Below are positions 10,045 to 18,396 of a DNA stretch of 64,000 bases, piece after piece. The notes beneath the pieces are model-generated. The model was not told the DNA's origin. It was given only the letters and a program-made list of their open reading frames with translations, and searched no databases. The position numbers and the translations under genes are program-made. Each line of letters opens with the position of its first letter. Within the stretch, counting starts at the first letter, position 1. The stretch is from Ignavibacteriota bacterium (GTDB lineage Bacteria > Bacteroidota > Ignavibacteria > UBA10030 > UBA6906). The stretch covers positions 128,001 through 192,000 of the forward strand of contig CAWDEM010000004.1 of assembly GCA_963801355.1 (NCBI GenBank). Direction: 5' to 3'.

Positions 10045-10108
10045 CGAGATGAAGCGTCATACTTCATCTCGATGGACCTAATCTATAGAACACTCGCGTA
10101 AGTGTCAA
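10045..10108 (-). promoter_or_regulatory. sigma70 promoter with a perfect inverted repeat at the transcription start
   Basis: Minus strand TTGACA (10108-10103)-N17-TAGATT (10085-10080); CGAGATGAAG-N7-CTTCATCTCG at 10045-10071. Confidence 0.7.
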
Positions 10109-10182
10109 CCCCAAAAATGGGTGTTGTTTTCTTCCAATACGCCTGTATTTCACGGCTTTTTCGTATCTTTCAGCATCAACCT

Positions 10183-11025
10183 ATGCCCCATATGCAACCT
10201 CTGGTCTCCCTGATCATAGCCGTCTACAACAAGCCCGCAGTCCTGCGCCTTGTCCTTGCCGCGTGCTCACGGCAGAGGTTTCGTGACTTCGAAATTGTTG
10301 TGGCCGATGACGGCTCGGGAGTTGAAGTGAAACAGGTGATAGATAAGGCCCGGCAGCGATTGTCGCTCCCCATCACCCACCTCTGGCATGAAGATCACGG
10401 CTGGCGGAAAAATGCGATGTTGAACAACGCCATCCGGGCATCGGGGAGTGGCTACCTGGTTTTCATTGACGGCGACTGTATTCCAGGCCGTGATTTTCTC
10501 CTGGACCACTGGCAGCAACGCGAGAACCGCAAGGTGCTTCTGGGCAGACGCGTTGAAACCAGCAAGCGCTGGTCGGAAGCCCTGACAGAAGAGCACATCA
10601 CCAGCGGACGGTTCGAACACTACGGATGGAAGGAATGGATGGACGGAATCCGGGGAGACGCGCTGAGGATTGAAGATGGCATCAGAATTCCGCCGGCATG
10701 GCTCCGCGGTCTCCTCATGCGCAATGTCCGGGGAATGCTCGGGAGTAACTTCTCCGTTGCAAAAAACTGTCTCGAAGCCATTAACGGCTTCGATGAACTC
10801 TACACCGGCCCGGGATGCGGCGAAGATTCCGATATCCAGTACCGCCTCTCTCTCACCGGAATCACGGGAAAATCACTCAGGAATCTTGCGGTCCAGTATC
10901 ACGTCTGGCACCCGTTGACAACGGTCTCCGACGCTAGCTGGGAAAGGTTTGAAATGGTGAAGCGCACCACGGAACCGCGGTGCCGGAAGGGGTTGGACAC
11001 GCTGGACATACCCGGCACGGTATGA
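10183..11025 (+). CDS. Glycosyltransferase family 2
   Basis: VSLIIAVYN, VADDGS, FIDGDC, INGFDE and GEDSD motifs; start codon uncertain. Confidence 0.9.
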   Translation: MPHMQPLVSLIIAVYNKPAVLRLVLAACSRQRFRDFEIVVADDGSGVEVKQVIDKARQRLSLPITHLWHEDHGWRKNAMLNNAIRASGSGYLVFIDGDCIPGRDFLLDHWQQRENRKVLLGRRVETSKRWSEALTEEHITSGRFEHYGWKEWMDGIRGDALRIEDGIRIPPAWLRGLLMRNVRGMLGSNFSVAKNCLEAINGFDELYTGPGCGEDSDIQYRLSLTGITGKSLRNLAVQYHVWHPLTTVSDASWERFEMVKRTTEPRCRKGLDTLDIPGTV

Positions 11026-11028
11026 CCA

Positions 11029-11062
11029 CACCCTCTCTCCCGCAGATCCGGGAGAGAGGGTG
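11029..11062. terminator. 14-bp perfect hairpin between convergent genes
   Basis: CACCCTCTCTCCCG-CAGATC-CGGGAGAGAGGGTG. Confidence 0.7.
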
Positions 11063-11075
11063 GAACAGTGGACAG

Positions 11076-11843
11076 TTACTTCCCCATATCCTTCAAGCCT
11101 TTGTTCTCCACTTTCGTATATCCTGCCGGTACTTCGAACTCCGAAGCAGCTACTGACTTCATCTCGATCTTCGTGACTGTGCTTTTCATCATTGTGCCCA
11201 TCTCAGTCACGATTGGAAACCCGTCGATCTTCATCATCGCTTCGCTGAGTCCCTTGAGACCACTCGGGGTCATCGACGCCATGCGCTTTGTCTGCTCCAA
11301 CATGTCCTGCCTCATGGCAGAAAAACCCCTCACGTCCTGTGTCACCCAGAGGGAGACTTCTTCCTTCCCTTCGCGTTTGACACTGTAGCGGGTGCAGGCA
11401 AATCCGCTGATCGATTTCTTTTCGCCGGTCTTTACAACGTCGATTTTGGACTCCTTCTGTGATCCGGCCATCTTCCCGCCGAGCATCTTTTCCATCATTT
11501 TCCGCTGCTCCGCGGGCATATTCTTCATCTGTTCCTGCATTTGATCCATCTGGGCATTCATCTTCTTGCCCATCTCTTCGAGTTCGGCAAATGTGCTCAC
11601 GCTGTACGTCTTGTCTTTGACGTTGACGGTGTAGATCTTCTCCTGGTCAATTCTGATGACGGTGAAATCGCCGTCAGCAGCATTCATTGTCTTGAGTTTC
11701 TTCGGCACATAGTATGTCTGCGTCAGTATTTCCTGGCCGTTGGTGACGATTTTGGTCTCCCAGACCATGCTCTGACCGAATGCCGTTGCAGCCAGGAGCA
11801 CCATAACGATCCCCGCCACTAGTACCCGCGCGCCACGCTTCAT
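11076..11843 (-). CDS. Secreted DUF4412-like protein
   Basis: Signal peptide; KTGEKKSISGFACTRY; FEVPAGYTKV. Confidence 0.75.
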   Translation of the reverse strand: MKRGARVLVAGIVMVLLAATAFGQSMVWETKIVTNGQEILTQTYYVPKKLKTMNAADGDFTVIRIDQEKIYTVNVKDKTYSVSTFAELEEMGKKMNAQMDQMQEQMKNMPAEQRKMMEKMLGGKMAGSQKESKIDVVKTGEKKSISGFACTRYSVKREGKEEVSLWVTQDVRGFSAMRQDMLEQTKRMASMTPSGLKGLSEAMMKIDGFPIVTEMGTMMKSTVTKIEMKSVAASEFEVPAGYTKVENKGLKDMGK

Positions 11844-11872
11844 AGGAACCTCCATTGTAGTAGAAATGCGAG

Positions 11873-12766
11873 TTACCCCTCGACCGCCAGAGGGCGTGCA
11901 ACAACAATGCCGGTCACGGACTTGCTGCGGCCTACGTATTCCGCAAGCGAGCCTTCGGAAATCGTCACTGCGCCGCCCGAGAGCGGCGCATGAAGGAACT
12001 TCGCCGTCTTATCTTTCCGTATCACCATTCCCGTGTGCGCAATATCCATTCCTTCCTGGGAGGTGACGGTGCCGACGATATCGCCGTCGTGCAACAACCC
12101 GGAAATCGAAGCGATGTGTTTCCGCGGCACGCGGTGCAATGCGGCTCCGGAAAGGTTTGCTTCCGCGACTTTCACCCGGGCCAGGGCCGTATCATCAGCG
12201 AGTTGTGCGTAGCTTGCGCGATGGGCCGACATGAAATTGATCGTCTTGCGGTATGCTTCTCCGTGAAGAGTCATCGTAGAATCCTTGACGATCCCCTTGC
12301 GCTCGTTGTCAGCCATCCAATCGGTGAAGTAATGCAGCCGGCTCGCGTACCCGTCGATGGCGCCGCCGGCATACCGGATGCGCTGCAACTGCGCGGAGAA
12401 ATCCTCAAACGATGTCTTCCCGGAGGAAAGGCAACGGGACATCGCGAGGCAGTTCTCCACGAGGGTGAGACAGTCAAAACCCCGCAGATTGATGACCAGG
12501 TGTTCTTCGCCCGGCTCTTCCAGTGAGTGGGCGACATACGGCGTCCCGATGAAATGGGTTCCGAGTGCCACCATGTTCTTGCCCACCTGCCCATGCAACA
12601 GTCCGGCACCAACTCCCCACCGCATCGTGCGTTCAAGAATTTCCCGGTCGCTTTCGCTACGCCCGTACATACCGGATGGCACACCCGCAATCACCGCAGC
12701 GCCCATTGCGCCCAGCTGTATCAGAAAGTCGCGGCGTCCAACGGAACTCAATGGATTATTGGCCAT
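11873..12766 (-). CDS. DUF1460 / NlpC-P60-like N-acetylmuramoyl-L-alanine amidase with a Tat signal
   Basis: GRRDFL twin-arginine signal; FIGTPYVAHSLE, FDCLTLVE, RLHYFTDW, IAHTG and FLHA motifs. Confidence 0.85.
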   Translation of the reverse strand: MANNPLSSVGRRDFLIQLGAMGAAVIAGVPSGMYGRSESDREILERTMRWGVGAGLLHGQVGKNMVALGTHFIGTPYVAHSLEEPGEEHLVINLRGFDCLTLVENCLAMSRCLSSGKTSFEDFSAQLQRIRYAGGAIDGYASRLHYFTDWMADNERKGIVKDSTMTLHGEAYRKTINFMSAHRASYAQLADDTALARVKVAEANLSGAALHRVPRKHIASISGLLHDGDIVGTVTSQEGMDIAHTGMVIRKDKTAKFLHAPLSGGAVTISEGSLAEYVGRSKSVTGIVVARPLAVEG

Positions 12767-12806
12767 GACACACCTCCTCGCGCATTCCTCTTCACAGGGC
12801 CGGGGT

Positions 12807-14246
12807 TCAGAACGGCGGTTCTTCCAGCGCTCCCGCCGGCACAGGCTCAAGGCCGGGGAATGCTGGATTTTCAAATCGTGCGTAGCGGTTGACAAACGTG
12901 AGCTTCACATCGTCGATCGGACCGTTGCGCTGTTTGCCGACGATGATTTCTGCCGTTCCCTGAACCTCCGCCCCGTGTTCGGATTTCGGATCCGTGTACA
13001 TCCCGGGACGGTGGACGAACATAACGACGTCGGCATCCTGCTCGATGGCCCCCGATTCGCGAAGATCTGAAAGAATCGGCCGTTTATCGGTGCGGCCTTC
13101 AACCGCCCGGCTCAGCTGTGACAACGCAATGATGGGGATACTCAGTTCCTTGGCCAGAGCCTTGAGTGATCTGGATATCGCGGATATTTCCTTCTCCCGG
13201 TTCTCAGCCGACCTGGGCCCCTGCATGAGCTGCAGGTAATCTACGATAATCAATCCGGCATTATGCTCGGCTTTCAGGCGGCGTGCTTTGGCCCGGAGTT
13301 CCAGGATACCGAGACTTGCGCTGTCATCAATGAATATCTGCGCTTTCGCCAGCCGGCCGGCAGCGAGGCTCAGGCGGGTCCATTTCTCATCCGGCAACTG
13401 TCCGGTACGCACCGCGTGCGCATCAACGCGCGCCTCGGCACAAAGCAGTCGCATGATCAGCTGCCGCGTTGACATTTCCAGCGAGAAGATACCGACCGGG
13501 GTCGGCCTCCCTTTGTGCTGTGAAGCGTTGGCGGCAAGCGACAGCGCAAATGCCGTTTTCCCAGAGCTTGGCCGCCCGGCTACAATGATCAAATCGGAAT
13601 TTTGCCATCCACCGGTGAGTGCATCGAGATCGCGGAAGCCGCTCGGGACGCCGGTCACTCCTTCATGCTTGCCGTGGATGCTTTCCAGCATTTCCAGTGT
13701 GGTATGGAGTTCGCGCTCCATGGAGATGAAGCTCTTCTTGAGGCGCCATTCGGATATCTTGAAAATCGCCTGTTCGGCTTCATCGAGGAGATCGAAGGCA
13801 TCTTCGGTGGGACTGAAGGCGCGCGCGGCGACGCGGGAACTTTCGCCGATGAGTCGCCGGAGGATGGCTTTTTCAAGCACAATGCGCGCATGGTACTCCA
13901 CGTTCGCCGATGACGTGACCTTGAGCGTGAGCTCGACAATATATGACTGTCCCCCGGCGGCATCCAGGTGTCCACGGCGACGAAGTTCCTCTGCAACGGT
14001 GATGCTGTCAGCCGGCTCCCCCCGTTCAAAGAGGCCGCAGATCGCCTGAAAGATTTTTCTGTTCCGCTCGGCGTAGAATGCCTCGTCATCCAGCACTTCG
14101 AGAGCTTTGGAAATCGCTTCCTTCTCCAGAAGCATGGCGCCGATAATCTGCTCCTCGATGTCCACCGCCTGCGGTGGAACGCGCCCTTCCTGGATCTGAC
14201 GCTCGGTCGCGAGGTCAATATTGCCGCGATGCGGTACTTCCGGCAT
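12807..14246 (-). CDS. dnaB: Replicative DNA helicase
   Basis: RVPPQAVDIE, AGRPSSGKT, FSLEMS, VDYLQL, SDLRESGAIEQDAD and KQRNGP motifs; no intein. Confidence 0.97.
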   Translation of the reverse strand: MPEVPHRGNIDLATERQIQEGRVPPQAVDIEEQIIGAMLLEKEAISKALEVLDDEAFYAERNRKIFQAICGLFERGEPADSITVAEELRRRGHLDAAGGQSYIVELTLKVTSSANVEYHARIVLEKAILRRLIGESSRVAARAFSPTEDAFDLLDEAEQAIFKISEWRLKKSFISMERELHTTLEMLESIHGKHEGVTGVPSGFRDLDALTGGWQNSDLIIVAGRPSSGKTAFALSLAANASQHKGRPTPVGIFSLEMSTRQLIMRLLCAEARVDAHAVRTGQLPDEKWTRLSLAAGRLAKAQIFIDDSASLGILELRAKARRLKAEHNAGLIIVDYLQLMQGPRSAENREKEISAISRSLKALAKELSIPIIALSQLSRAVEGRTDKRPILSDLRESGAIEQDADVVMFVHRPGMYTDPKSEHGAEVQGTAEIIVGKQRNGPIDDVKLTFVNRYARFENPAFPGLEPVPAGALEEPPF

Positions 14247-14263
14247 GGCCGCACATCCTTCCG

Positions 14264-15076
14264 TTATCGTGCAAGCAGTTCGGCGTGCAGTTTCTGAATC
14301 GCCTGGAAATCCTCCCAGGTCGGCGTCTTCCAGTTGGGGTTCCGCAGCAGTGCCGCAGGATGATAGGTGACCCGCAACGGGATCCCTTCAAACAGCAACG
14401 TCCGGCCGCGCAACCTCGTCAGACTGTCATTGATGTGCAGGAGATTTTGCGCAGCCGTCAATCCAAGACAGACAATGAGCTTCGGCTTGATCAGGGCGAT
14501 CTGTTTTTTCAGATACGGGATGCACGACTCCACTTCTTCGGGCAACGGCGTTCTGTTGTTCGGCGGCCGGCATTTCAGAATGTTACAGATATACACATCC
14601 TCACGCTTCATGGCGATAGCAGCGAGTATCTTGTTCAGGAGCTGCCCGGCACGCCCGACAAACGGTTCTCCCTGTGCATCTTCATCCGCTCCCGGGGCTT
14701 CACCTACAAACATGAGTGTGGCATGGGGATTCCCCACGCCGAATACGAAGCGTGTGCGGGTGTGTCCGAGTGCACACTTGAGGCACCCGGAAATTTGTTC
14801 GTTCAGGCGCGCGAGGTCTTCCGTCGGCATCCACTCCTCGTGGACCGGCGCCGGTTGCGGTACCGGCGGGAGCTCGAAGAGCATCATGTCGCCGGGGTCG
14901 TCAGGCTGCGTCCTTGTTCGGGCGTTTGATGATCCTGAGGTTGTGCGTGGTGTCGGCATGGCGGTGTGTGTGGTATTCTGCGGTGATGGGGATGTGCCGT
15001 CAAGCAGCAGAGAATCCCCGAACACTTCACGATCCGATTCCAGAAAGTGCCGCAGGGATGTCCAGAAGTCATTCAT
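14264..15076 (-). CDS. Uracil-DNA glycosylase family 4 (4Fe-4S) with an N-terminal extension
   Basis: CLKCAL, VGEAPGADED, PFVGRAG, NILKCRPPNNR and TYHPAALL motifs. Confidence 0.92.
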   Translation of the reverse strand: MNDFWTSLRHFLESDREVFGDSLLLDGTSPSPQNTTHTAMPTPRTTSGSSNARTRTQPDDPGDMMLFELPPVPQPAPVHEEWMPTEDLARLNEQISGCLKCALGHTRTRFVFGVGNPHATLMFVGEAPGADEDAQGEPFVGRAGQLLNKILAAIAMKREDVYICNILKCRPPNNRTPLPEEVESCIPYLKKQIALIKPKLIVCLGLTAAQNLLHINDSLTRLRGRTLLFEGIPLRVTYHPAALLRNPNWKTPTWEDFQAIQKLHAELLAR

Positions 15077-15078
15077 AT

Positions 15079-15133
15079 GCTTGGCATGTGCTCGGCATGT
15101 GCGCGGCATCTGCATGGCATCCGCCTGGCTGCA
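15079..15133. repeat. Degenerate 11-nt tandem repeat
   Basis: GCTTGGCATGT GCTCGGCATGT GCGCGGCATCT GCATGGCATCC GCCTGGCTGCA. Confidence 0.65.
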
Positions 15134-15153
15134 GAACCAGCCGGCGGCACGCA

Positions 15154-16377
15154 TCACCCGGCACCGGCAACGAGACGTGCGATACGGTCAAGGATGTCGT
15201 CCGCAACGTCGGTTTTCGGCTTGCGGGGAAGCTGTTCGGCTGTTCCATCGGGTGCAATGATCGTCACGACATTGGTGTCCGCACCGAAACCCGCACCGTC
15301 GACGGTCGGATTGTTCATGACCACGAGGTCCAGCCCCTTGCGGGTGAGCTTCTCCCGGGCATTCGCCAGCTCATCCTCGGTTTCGAGTGCAAACCCGACC
15401 AGAATCTGCCGCGTCTTCCGTTCGCCCACAGCGCGCAGTATATCGGGGTTCTTCACGCAGGCAATGGTCCAGCTGTCACCCGCAACTTTTTCACGTTTAA
15501 TCTTCGCCGGCGAGGGTGTTGCGGGGGTAAAATCCGCAACCGCGGCGGCCATGATCAGTACATCCGTGCCGTCAAATTCTTTCATAACGGCTTCGTGCAT
15601 TTCGCGTGCGGTCATCACATCGATCCGATGAACACCCGCCGGTGTGGGAAGATGCACGGGGCCTGACACGAGCGTGACCACCGCGCCACGGCGGGCCGCC
15701 GCCGCCGCGAGTGCAAATCCCATCTTGCCCGATGATCGGTTCCCCAGAAAGCGGACCGGATCGATCGGTTCATAGGTCGGCCCCGCCGTCACAAGGATGC
15801 GCCGGCCGGGGAGATCCTTCCGGGTTCCTGCAAGCACGCGCGACACACTTTCCGCGATCACCGACGGATCCGGGAGCCGGCCCGGACCGACGAGTCCGCT
15901 GGCAAGCTCTCCGCTCTCGGGTTCAATGATGCCGACGCCCCGCTCCCGCAAGCGTGCAATGTTCTGCTGTGTCACCGGGTTGGCGTACATATCCCCATCC
16001 ATCGATGGGGCCACAAGAAGCGGACAACGAAGAGCAAGCACAAGCGATGTGAGAAAATTGTCCGCCATGCCGCACACGATCTTGGCAATGGTGTTGGCCG
16101 TTGCCGGCGCAATCACCATCAGATCGCCCCATACCGCCAGCTCGATGTGTCTCGTCCATTGCTCGGCGGGCTGTTCGGCGGACGGGAACATGTCGAGGAT
16201 TACTTCCCGGCGCGAAAGAGTCGCCAGCGTCAACGGCGTCACAAAATGCGTTGCTGCTGGCGTCATGACCACCTGCACGGTGGCCCCTGCCCGCACCAAC
16301 TCACGCACAAGCAGAGGGCTCTTGTAAGCAGCAATGCCCCCGGTAACCCCCACGATGATATGTTTGCCTTCGAGCAT
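15154..16377 (-). CDS. coaBC: Phosphopantothenoylcysteine decarboxylase/synthetase
   Basis: GVTGGIAAYKS, APATANTIAK, TAGPTYEPIDPVRFLGNRSSGKMG and VGFALET motifs. Confidence 0.96.
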   Translation of the reverse strand: MLEGKHIIVGVTGGIAAYKSPLLVRELVRAGATVQVVMTPAATHFVTPLTLATLSRREVILDMFPSAEQPAEQWTRHIELAVWGDLMVIAPATANTIAKIVCGMADNFLTSLVLALRCPLLVAPSMDGDMYANPVTQQNIARLRERGVGIIEPESGELASGLVGPGRLPDPSVIAESVSRVLAGTRKDLPGRRILVTAGPTYEPIDPVRFLGNRSSGKMGFALAAAAARRGAVVTLVSGPVHLPTPAGVHRIDVMTAREMHEAVMKEFDGTDVLIMAAAVADFTPATPSPAKIKREKVAGDSWTIACVKNPDILRAVGERKTRQILVGFALETEDELANAREKLTRKGLDLVVMNNPTVDGAGFGADTNVVTIIAPDGTAEQLPRKPKTDVADDILDRIARLVAGAG

Positions 16378-16390
16378 CGGCCAGCCCGAA

Positions 16391-16741
16391 TCAGGCCTCC
16401 TCGGTCTCTTCCGCCGCCGGCTCTTCATCCACGAGCTTCGGCAATTCCTCTTTTTCACGGTACCGCCAGCTCAGCTTGTCGGTGATGAGCTCTTCCAGCG
16501 CACTGTCGGTGGGTTTCGTGCGCTTCTCAAACTCAAGGCTGATCTTCAATTGATCGGGGTTGATATCGTTCTCCTCCCCTTCACCTTCAGTTTTCACCGT
16601 GATCATTTCCACCCGCTGGTTGAATTCGATCTTCAGCTCTTCGTTGATCTGGCGGGCACGGCGTGAAGCGGCCACGATACATTCGTGGACATTCTTGTCG
16701 GGCCTGTTGAAGAACTCGAGATCAATTGGTTTGAGAGGCAT
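16391..16741 (-). CDS. rpoZ: RNA polymerase omega subunit
   Basis: NVHECIVAASRRARQIN...FEKRTKPT motif; located between gmk and coaBC. Confidence 0.85.
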   Translation of the reverse strand: MPLKPIDLEFFNRPDKNVHECIVAASRRARQINEELKIEFNQRVEMITVKTEGEGEENDINPDQLKISLEFEKRTKPTDSALEELITDKLSWRYREKEELPKLVDEEPAAEETEEA

Positions 16742-17348
16742 GGTTGTCGCTCCGTGATGACTGCTGTAAATGATGTTCCACAATTTCCTGGACTTCGGCA
16801 GTGGCCCGTTCCAATGTGTCGTTGACCACCACCCAATCAAAATGCTGCGCCTGGGCCAGTTCCATCGGCACGCGTTCCAGCCGGCGTGCCAGCGTTTTCG
16901 CATCCTCCGTCAGCCGTGCGCGCAACCGCTCTTCGAGCACTGCCTGCGACGGCGGGTTGATGAAGATCAACAACGCCACGGGGTACTTGCGCTTAATCGA
17001 CAGCGCCCCCTTGACGTCGACATCAAACAGGAGGTGCTTTCCCTGCTTCATCGCCGCATCCACCTCACATTGCAGCGTGCCATAATAGTTACCGTAGATC
17101 TCTTCCCACTCGACAAACTCCCCTGCCGCCACACGCGCGCGGAACTGGTCCGGAGTGAGAAAGAAATAGTCTCTTCCGTCACGTTCGCCGGTCCGCATCG
17201 GCCGGGTCGTGGCCGAGACGGAAAACCGCAGAACCGGACACCGGCGCAATATCTCCCGGGCAATCGATGTCTTCCCTGCACCACTCGGTGCGGAGATCAC
17301 CACGATTTTCCCGGCGCCTGACACGCCGCCTGTTGCACAGGGCGGCAT
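16722..17348 (-). CDS. gmk: Guanylate kinase
   Basis: SAPSGAGKTS, SVSATTRPMR, DYFF and NYYGT motifs; start may be the GTG at 17324. Confidence 0.96.
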   Translation of the reverse strand: MPPCATGGVSGAGKIVVISAPSGAGKTSIAREILRRCPVLRFSVSATTRPMRTGERDGRDYFFLTPDQFRARVAAGEFVEWEEIYGNYYGTLQCEVDAAMKQGKHLLFDVDVKGALSIKRKYPVALLIFINPPSQAVLEERLRARLTEDAKTLARRLERVPMELAQAQHFDWVVVNDTLERATAEVQEIVEHHLQQSSRSDNHASQTN

Positions 17349-17351
17349 ATG

Positions 17352-18230
17352 TCACTCGACATTCTGCAGTTGCTCGCGGATCTTCTCCAGCTCTTCCTTC
17401 ATGCCCACGACGATGTGGGAGATTTCCTGGCCGCTGGATTTTGACCCGATGGTGTTGACCTCACGGTTCATTTCCTGCACGAGGAAATTCAGGCGGCGCC
17501 CGGCCGCTTCTTTTCCCCCCAACGCCTCGAGAAAGAACTTATTGTGACTCCGGAACCGTACGCACTCCTCGGTGACATCCAACCGATCCGCCAGCAGCGC
17601 AATTTCCAGCTCAAGCCTGTTTTCGTCGATCCGCTCCACTTCAATAAGCTGTTTGATCCGTTCGCGTAGCCTTTCCCGCTCCAGCGGAACCTGTCCGCGA
17701 GAGAGTGCTTCGACTTCATCCAGGCGCCGGGAGAGCACACCGATGCGCGAACGGAAATCAACCTCCAGCTCGCCGCCTTCCTGGGTTCGCATCTGCTGGA
17801 ATCCCAGCAGGGCCGACTCCAGTGCACGCCGGGTGACTTCCCACTCGGCCTCGTCCGCCGATGCACCGACCTCCTGCTCCAGGATATCTGAAAACTGAAG
17901 CAGGTGCTCCAGCTTGATCGTTTCACGCAACCGGAGCGCCTTCTTTAAATCCGACAGCAAGCGGTAATACGTGCGTGCCGTTGACGGATTGATCCGTAGT
18001 GCAGTAGATTCACCGTTGTTCCGCTCGATCGACACCACAATGCTGATTTTGCCGCGCACGACATGCCGGCGGATAATCTCCTTAATCTCCCCTTCGCGGA
18101 GATTCAGTGTGCGGGGCAGCCGCGAAGATACCTCAAGAAACCGGCTGTTGACTCCTCTGACTTCGACGGTCGCGGTGAGGCCATCCGTGGTTACCTCGCC
18201 CCGGCCGAACCCGGTCATACTTGTTACCAT
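17352..18230 (-). CDS. yicC: YicC/YloC family endoribonuclease
   Basis: SMTGFGR N-terminus; GRRLNFLVQEMNREVNTIGSK...REQLQNVE C-terminus. Confidence 0.93.
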   Translation of the reverse strand: MVTSMTGFGRGEVTTDGLTATVEVRGVNSRFLEVSSRLPRTLNLREGEIKEIIRRHVVRGKISIVVSIERNNGESTALRINPSTARTYYRLLSDLKKALRLRETIKLEHLLQFSDILEQEVGASADEAEWEVTRRALESALLGFQQMRTQEGGELEVDFRSRIGVLSRRLDEVEALSRGQVPLERERLRERIKQLIEVERIDENRLELEIALLADRLDVTEECVRFRSHNKFFLEALGGKEAAGRRLNFLVQEMNREVNTIGSKSSGQEISHIVVGMKEELEKIREQLQNVE

Positions 18231-18246
18231 CGGTGCAACCGCAATT

Positions 18247-18393
18247 TGTGCATAAGGAATTAAATTTACATAAAATCGCCGGCAGCTGCAACCTCTAATT
18301 CTGCACCAAAAAGTCTATGATTATCCACACTATATCCACAAGAAACTGCGAAAACATTGGGAAAATGCCCCTAATTCGCTATATTGTGGATAA
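18247..18393. promoter_or_regulatory. Divergent promoter region containing four DnaA boxes
   Basis: TGTGCATAA 18247-55, TTATCCACA 18321-29, ATATCCACA 18332-40, TGTGGATAA 18385-93; leftward TTGCAG-N17-TAAATT (18291-18263); rightward TTGGGA-N17-TATATT (18357-18385). Confidence 0.75.
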
Positions 18394-18396
18394 CAT

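Noticed and set aside
18231-18396. Second replication origin at the yicC/rqcH DnaA-box cluster
   Set aside because: No DnaA-trio run and only a short AT-rich patch; the dnaA-flanking region has the full origin architecture. Kept as a regulatory or titration candidate instead.
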